Assembly (NCBI GenBank): GCA_050951805.1
Contig: JBMNJT010000002.1
Location: forward strand, 1,376,001-1,440,000
Length of the DNA: 64,000 nucleotides
Reading direction: 5' to 3'
Source: Bacillota bacterium
GTDB lineage: Bacteria > Bacillota > DTU025
Below the pieces are notes generated by a model, which had not been told where the DNA came from, searched no databases, and saw nothing but the letters and a program-made list of their open reading frames with translations. The translations under genes and the position numbers were made by a program. This document shows, piece after piece, positions 59,940-64,000 of this stretch (its first letter is position 1; every line of letters starts with the position of its first letter).

Positions 59940-62156
59940 TCATCTCTCGACCCTATTATCTCCATGTTCGGGCGAGGACTCACCCGCCCCGTCCTGTGCC
60001 GCCGCCTTCACCTCTTCCCGCTCTCGATCCGTCCCTGGCTCGTGCGGAGGCAACTCAGGGTATTCAACGCGCTCGTGGTATACTCCACTTAGTACACTGA
60101 TAAAAGCTCGTTCAATCTCGCTCAGCTCTCTCAGAGTGAGATCGCACTCATCAAGCTGACCGTCGGAGAGCTTGTCCTTGATAATCTTTCTCACGGTATT
60201 TTGGACTTGCCACGAAGATGGATTGGACATCGAACGCACAGCCGCTTCCACTGAATCCGCAAGCATCACGACGGCTGCCTCCCGCGTCTGAGGCTTTGGC
60301 CCCGGATACCTGAAATCCTTTTCATCAATGCAAAGATCCCGTTCGCTCTCGGCAGCTCTAGCATAGAAGAACAAAACCAGCCCGGTACCGTGGTGTTGCT
60401 GAATAATGCTGATGACTGGCGCAGGCAACTTGTACTGCCTTGCCAACTCGACGCCGTCCTTCACATGCGACGTTATCACCAACGTGGAAAGGGCCGGGCT
60501 TATCTTGTCGTGCGGATTGGCCTGAGCAAACTGGTTCTCCACGAAGAAATACGGGCGCTTCAATTTCCCGCAATCATGGTAAAGAGCACCCACTCGCACT
60601 AGCAGCGCATCGGCTTCAATGGCTTGAGCTGCCGTTTCAGCCAGGTTTCCCACGAGAATCGAATGGTGATAAGTTCCGGGGGCTTCCAAAAGAAGCCTTC
60701 TCAGAAGCGGATGACCAGGATTTGAAAGTTCAAGGAGACGAAGGGAGGATGATACCCCGAACAACGTCTCAAAAAACGGAAGCGATCCCAGCGTCATCAC
60801 GGTCGATATTATACCATTCACAAATCCCAAATACCACCTGGACACTATTTCCGGCTCACCAAATGCCAGCCCGTAACAGACTGATACTGCGGCAACCGCT
60901 GTTCCTACCGCCACGACCGCTCGAGTCATATTCGCCCTCTCATGAAGGTCATGCGCGGAGTACGCTCCTGCCGCTCCAGCTGCCAGTGAAGCCAGCATGG
61001 CAAACATGTTGCCCCTGAGTAACACTCCTACAAGGGCTGCCACAGACAAGTTGACAACAAGGGCCATCTCTAAAGATGCGAGAAACGAAATGATCATGGT
61101 GGCAAAGGCAGCTGGCACCAAATAGGCCGCGTAGTCAGGAGTCAAGTTCGCAAGAATGCTGGCAAGCAGTAAAACCAAGAGCCCCGCTATGGCAACCAGC
61201 GACAGCATTCCCTGTTCATTGGGCGCGTGCGCAGGAAAATTCTGGAGATAAATCGCTACGTACCCCACAGCGAGCGCTGTAGTGGAAATCACTCCCACCC
61301 AGCCAAGTATCGACCCACGGGCTCCGAGCAGGCCCAGATCTCTCAAAATCTCTATCGTCTCTTGCGTTGCCGGCTCGCCGCGCCTGATAATATTCTGCCC
61401 TTTCTGAACATAGACGGGCTGAACAAGATCAGCCTCTTCCTCCGCAGCTTTCTCCACTTTTGCAAGGCTTAGAGAGAGGTTGGGCCGAATCGCAGAAACG
61501 ACTATCCGCGAAATGGGCGCCACGTATTCAGGCGCAACACCCTTTTCCAGCAACGCCTCGGGAATACCCGCCGCAATCTCCTGCAGATTGGAATCGGTTA
61601 TTCGGTTCTCCCGCATTACACTGCCGACAAGCGCGACCGCAATATCCCGGGCGTCCTCGCGTTCAGCCTCATCCATTGATGCCAAAAGAGCAAGGTCCTC
61701 TGCAGACACCGAAATGCCCTCGCCATCATCGATTATGGCGGCCGCACGGCGACCGACCGCCGCCAGGTCTTCTTCATCAGGCATCTCGCTGCGCGCCGAA
61801 TCCACCGCGGAGAAGACAGACTCTACCGCTTCCTCGGACATGTAAGAGCATGACTGATTTATCTCGTAGTTGTCCGGGAAACTCGGAGCATTCTTCAAGT
61901 ATGTCTTCCGAGCCTCTTCCCTAAGCTTCTCAGTAGCAACACGATTCACAATTGTCCTTTGGGCCTGAATATCACGTTTCGCAAACTGCCCCTCTTCCAG
62001 CGTAACCGCCTGGGGTAACAGCGCCGATGCGACAATGAGAGACCCCAAAATCACCGTCGCCACAGCAACTGCAATCCTACTGCTCGCGAAGGTCTTAACG
62101 CTTGAGCCAAATCGCCTCGCGCTCTCTTTTCTAGACAGCTGTGCCAACGGCATCAC
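59940..62156 (-). CDS. pgpH: 7TM-HD c-di-AMP phosphodiesterase PgpH (YqfF-like)
   Basis: Extracellular domain, about 7 TM, EAPGTYHHS, YHDCGK, HHGT, LADSVEAA; between phoH and ybeY. Confidence 0.9.
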   Translation of the reverse strand: MMPLAQLSRKESARRFGSSVKTFASSRIAVAVATVILGSLIVASALLPQAVTLEEGQFAKRDIQAQRTIVNRVATEKLREEARKTYLKNAPSFPDNYEINQSCSYMSEEAVESVFSAVDSARSEMPDEEDLAAVGRRAAAIIDDGEGISVSAEDLALLASMDEAEREDARDIAVALVGSVMRENRITDSNLQEIAAGIPEALLEKGVAPEYVAPISRIVVSAIRPNLSLSLAKVEKAAEEEADLVQPVYVQKGQNIIRRGEPATQETIEILRDLGLLGARGSILGWVGVISTTALAVGYVAIYLQNFPAHAPNEQGMLSLVAIAGLLVLLLASILANLTPDYAAYLVPAAFATMIISFLASLEMALVVNLSVAALVGVLLRGNMFAMLASLAAGAAGAYSAHDLHERANMTRAVVAVGTAVAAVSVCYGLAFGEPEIVSRWYLGFVNGIISTVMTLGSLPFFETLFGVSSSLRLLELSNPGHPLLRRLLLEAPGTYHHSILVGNLAETAAQAIEADALLVRVGALYHDCGKLKRPYFFVENQFAQANPHDKISPALSTLVITSHVKDGVELARQYKLPAPVISIIQQHHGTGLVLFFYARAAESERDLCIDEKDFRYPGPKPQTREAAVVMLADSVEAAVRSMSNPSSWQVQNTVRKIIKDKLSDGQLDECDLTLRELSEIERAFISVLSGVYHERVEYPELPPHEPGTDREREEVKAAAQDGAGESSPEHGDNRVER

Positions 62157-62182
62157 CCCTTCTCATTCCGTCTCCGCCATCT

Positions 62183-63193
62183 TTACTCTCCCCGGGACAG
62201 GTCGACACCGAGTTGCTCCTTCTTGGCCCTCTCAGCATCGTATCTCTCATAGGCCTGAACTATCTTTTGTACCAGCTCATGTCTGACAACGTCCTGGTCG
62301 TTCAGGTGGACGAACTCTATGCCATCCACTCCGGCAAGCACCATCTGAACATCTTCGAGGCCGGAAAACTTCCTGTTGGGGAGGTCTATCTGAGTAATAT
62401 CACCAGTAACCACTGCCTTTGAAGAGAACCCCAGACGAGTCAGGAACATCTTCATCTGCTCCGGCGTGGTATTCTGAGCCTCGTCAAGTATGATGAACGC
62501 GTCATCCAATGTCCTCCCGCGCATGTACGCAAGTGGCGCGATCTCAATTATGCCCTTTTCCTTGTAGCGCTCAAACATTTCGACACCGAGTATGTCAAAG
62601 AGGGCATCATATAGTGGCCGCAAGTAAGGGTCCACCTTTTCCTGCAAGTCGCCGGGGAGGAACCCGAGCTTCTCCCCCGCCTCCACAGCAGGGCGCGTAA
62701 GAATAATTCTGCTGACGTGCTTGGCCTTCAAAGCCGAAACAGCCATGGCCATCGCCAGATAAGTCTTGCCGGTTCCTGCCGGGCCAATGCAGAAGACTAT
62801 GTCATTCCTCCTCATTGCGTCCACGTAATGCTTCTGGCCTACAGTTCGCGGGCGAACCTGCTTTCCGCGGGCAGTAACCTGCACCACATCGCGCAATACA
62901 GAACAGAGTGTTTCAGGTCTTTCGTTCTGAGCGAGCATCACAGAGTACCTGGTTTCCCGGCCGGAAATGCGATTGCCCGCGCGTACAGCTGACTGCAAGT
63001 CGGAGAGGACCCGCATTACCTTGCTGACAGAATCCTCCGGCCCTATTACAGTCACATCATTGGCACGGGCTACTATTTTGCATTCGAGAAGTTCCTCGAC
63101 TAGCCTTAGATTCTCGTCCCGGTTACCGAAAAGTGCAGCTGCCTCTGAATTATCATTGGTGCAGAACCTAGCTTCAACAACCGGATTGCTCAA
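62183..63193 (-). CDS. phoH: PhoH family ATPase
   Basis: GPAGTGKT, RPAVEAGEKLGFLPG, YMRGRTL, DEAQN, GDITQIDL. Confidence 0.96.
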   Translation of the reverse strand: MSNPVVEARFCTNDNSEAAALFGNRDENLRLVEELLECKIVARANDVTVIGPEDSVSKVMRVLSDLQSAVRAGNRISGRETRYSVMLAQNERPETLCSVLRDVVQVTARGKQVRPRTVGQKHYVDAMRRNDIVFCIGPAGTGKTYLAMAMAVSALKAKHVSRIILTRPAVEAGEKLGFLPGDLQEKVDPYLRPLYDALFDILGVEMFERYKEKGIIEIAPLAYMRGRTLDDAFIILDEAQNTTPEQMKMFLTRLGFSSKAVVTGDITQIDLPNRKFSGLEDVQMVLAGVDGIEFVHLNDQDVVRHELVQKIVQAYERYDAERAKKEQLGVDLSRGE

Positions 63194-63331
63194 ATGAGAT
63201 TACTCCCTCCTTCTCACAGTTGATGCGAAATAGCAATAGCCTTGCTAGAAAACATCATCGTCTCAAATATGCAGAAACCGCGCTTGCCCCTGCCACTTCA
63301 TCGTCATATAGTTCAGCTATAACATGACCAC

Positions 63332-64000
63332 CTACTGGCGTTCCCGCGGTCTGGCTATGTCTTCTACAGTTTCCACAGTAAGAATGACCTCGACAGCCTC
63401 TGGCATTACATTCTCGTCAGATACCCTTTCGCTCACAGATACAATCCTCGCATCTTTGTTGAGCTTGGCTGCGATCGAATCTTCAGCAGCAGCGCGGGCA
63501 AGCACATATGCCTCGCTGCGACTTATGCGCGTTGAGGTGAGTGCAAGCTCGTATCGCTCAATTCTAATAAATTCTACGCCAGGACGGTAGTCCCTTCTAT
63601 ACTCCTTGGTATCGAAAGCTTCAAAACTGCCAACCCTGCCCAGACGAAAATCGAGGTTGCCCCATAAAACCCGGTAATGTATTGACTTGCGCCCGGTCCT
63701 CACGCGCTCTTCCACGTTGAGCGGGACTACTGCGCGGCCCTCGCGCCACACACGGCCTTCGACGATAGCCCTGGCATGTGCCGCATCACCACCCGCACCC
63801 GACGCGCTTTTTCCTGATACAAGCACCTGGCCTGCCACGACCGTCTGCCCCTCAGCTACACACGCATCGCCTGCAAGGACAATCAGTTTCACAACTATGG
63901 CATCTTCTGACGCAATCAGATCGATCGGGAAAACGGGAGCATCCGGCAGAACCTTTTCAGCCACGCGCACGATCAGGGCAGTACCTTGAGTCTCCACGCC
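63332..64000 (-). CDS. yqfD: Stage IV sporulation protein YqfD (5' end outside the window)
   Basis: GTALIVRVAEK, DLIASEDAIV, GQVLVSG, HARAIVEGRVW, ETVEDIA; directly upstream of phoH. Confidence 0.85.
   Translation of the reverse strand, partial: GVETQGTALIVRVAEKVLPDAPVFPIDLIASEDAIVVKLIVLAGDACVAEGQTVVAGQVLVSGKSASGAGGDAAHARAIVEGRVWREGRAVVPLNVEERVRTGRKSIHYRVLWGNLDFRLGRVGSFEAFDTKEYRRDYRPGVEFIRIERYELALTSTRISRSEAYVLARAAAEDSIAAKLNKDARIVSVSERVSDENVMPEAVEVILTVETVEDIARPRERQ

Overview
Core chromosomal segment of a spore-forming Bacillota (Firmicutes) anaerobe, roughly 55% GC by eye. Nearly all genes are on the minus strand. Read in transcription order, it holds: yqfD(partial)-phoH-pgpH-ybeY-dgkA-[DUF881 x2, DUF3048]-cdd-era; queA-tgt-yajC-secreted protein-HD protein; a ChlI-like AAA+/vWA pair; recJ-rel-dtd-MBL hydrolase-SurA/TPR-hisS-6S RNA-rarA; an iscR-iscS-iscU operon with a clear sigmaA promoter and palindromic operator; alaS-ireB-membrane protein-(aldo/keto reductase pseudogene)-ruvX-DUF1292-mltG-udk-PBP-sigK; yqeG-priA-def-fmt-yugP-rsmB; spoIVB-(stand-alone LuxR HTH)-spo0A-steA-steB-GT2(partial). 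One plus-strand island (secreted OB-fold/PD40/metallophosphoesterase, iorAB, DUF3784-like) separates rarA from iscR. I saw no tRNA, rRNA, CRISPR array, prophage or IS element. Best candidates for undescribed systems are: (i) the orphan chelatase-like AAA+/vWA pair with a forespore-type promoter, (ii) the extended DUF881-DUF881-DUF3048 envelope module, (iii) the multidomain secreted phosphoesterase, and (iv) a GerE-like regulator placed between spoIVB and spo0A-steAB. All family calls come from motif recognition by eye, not database searches.
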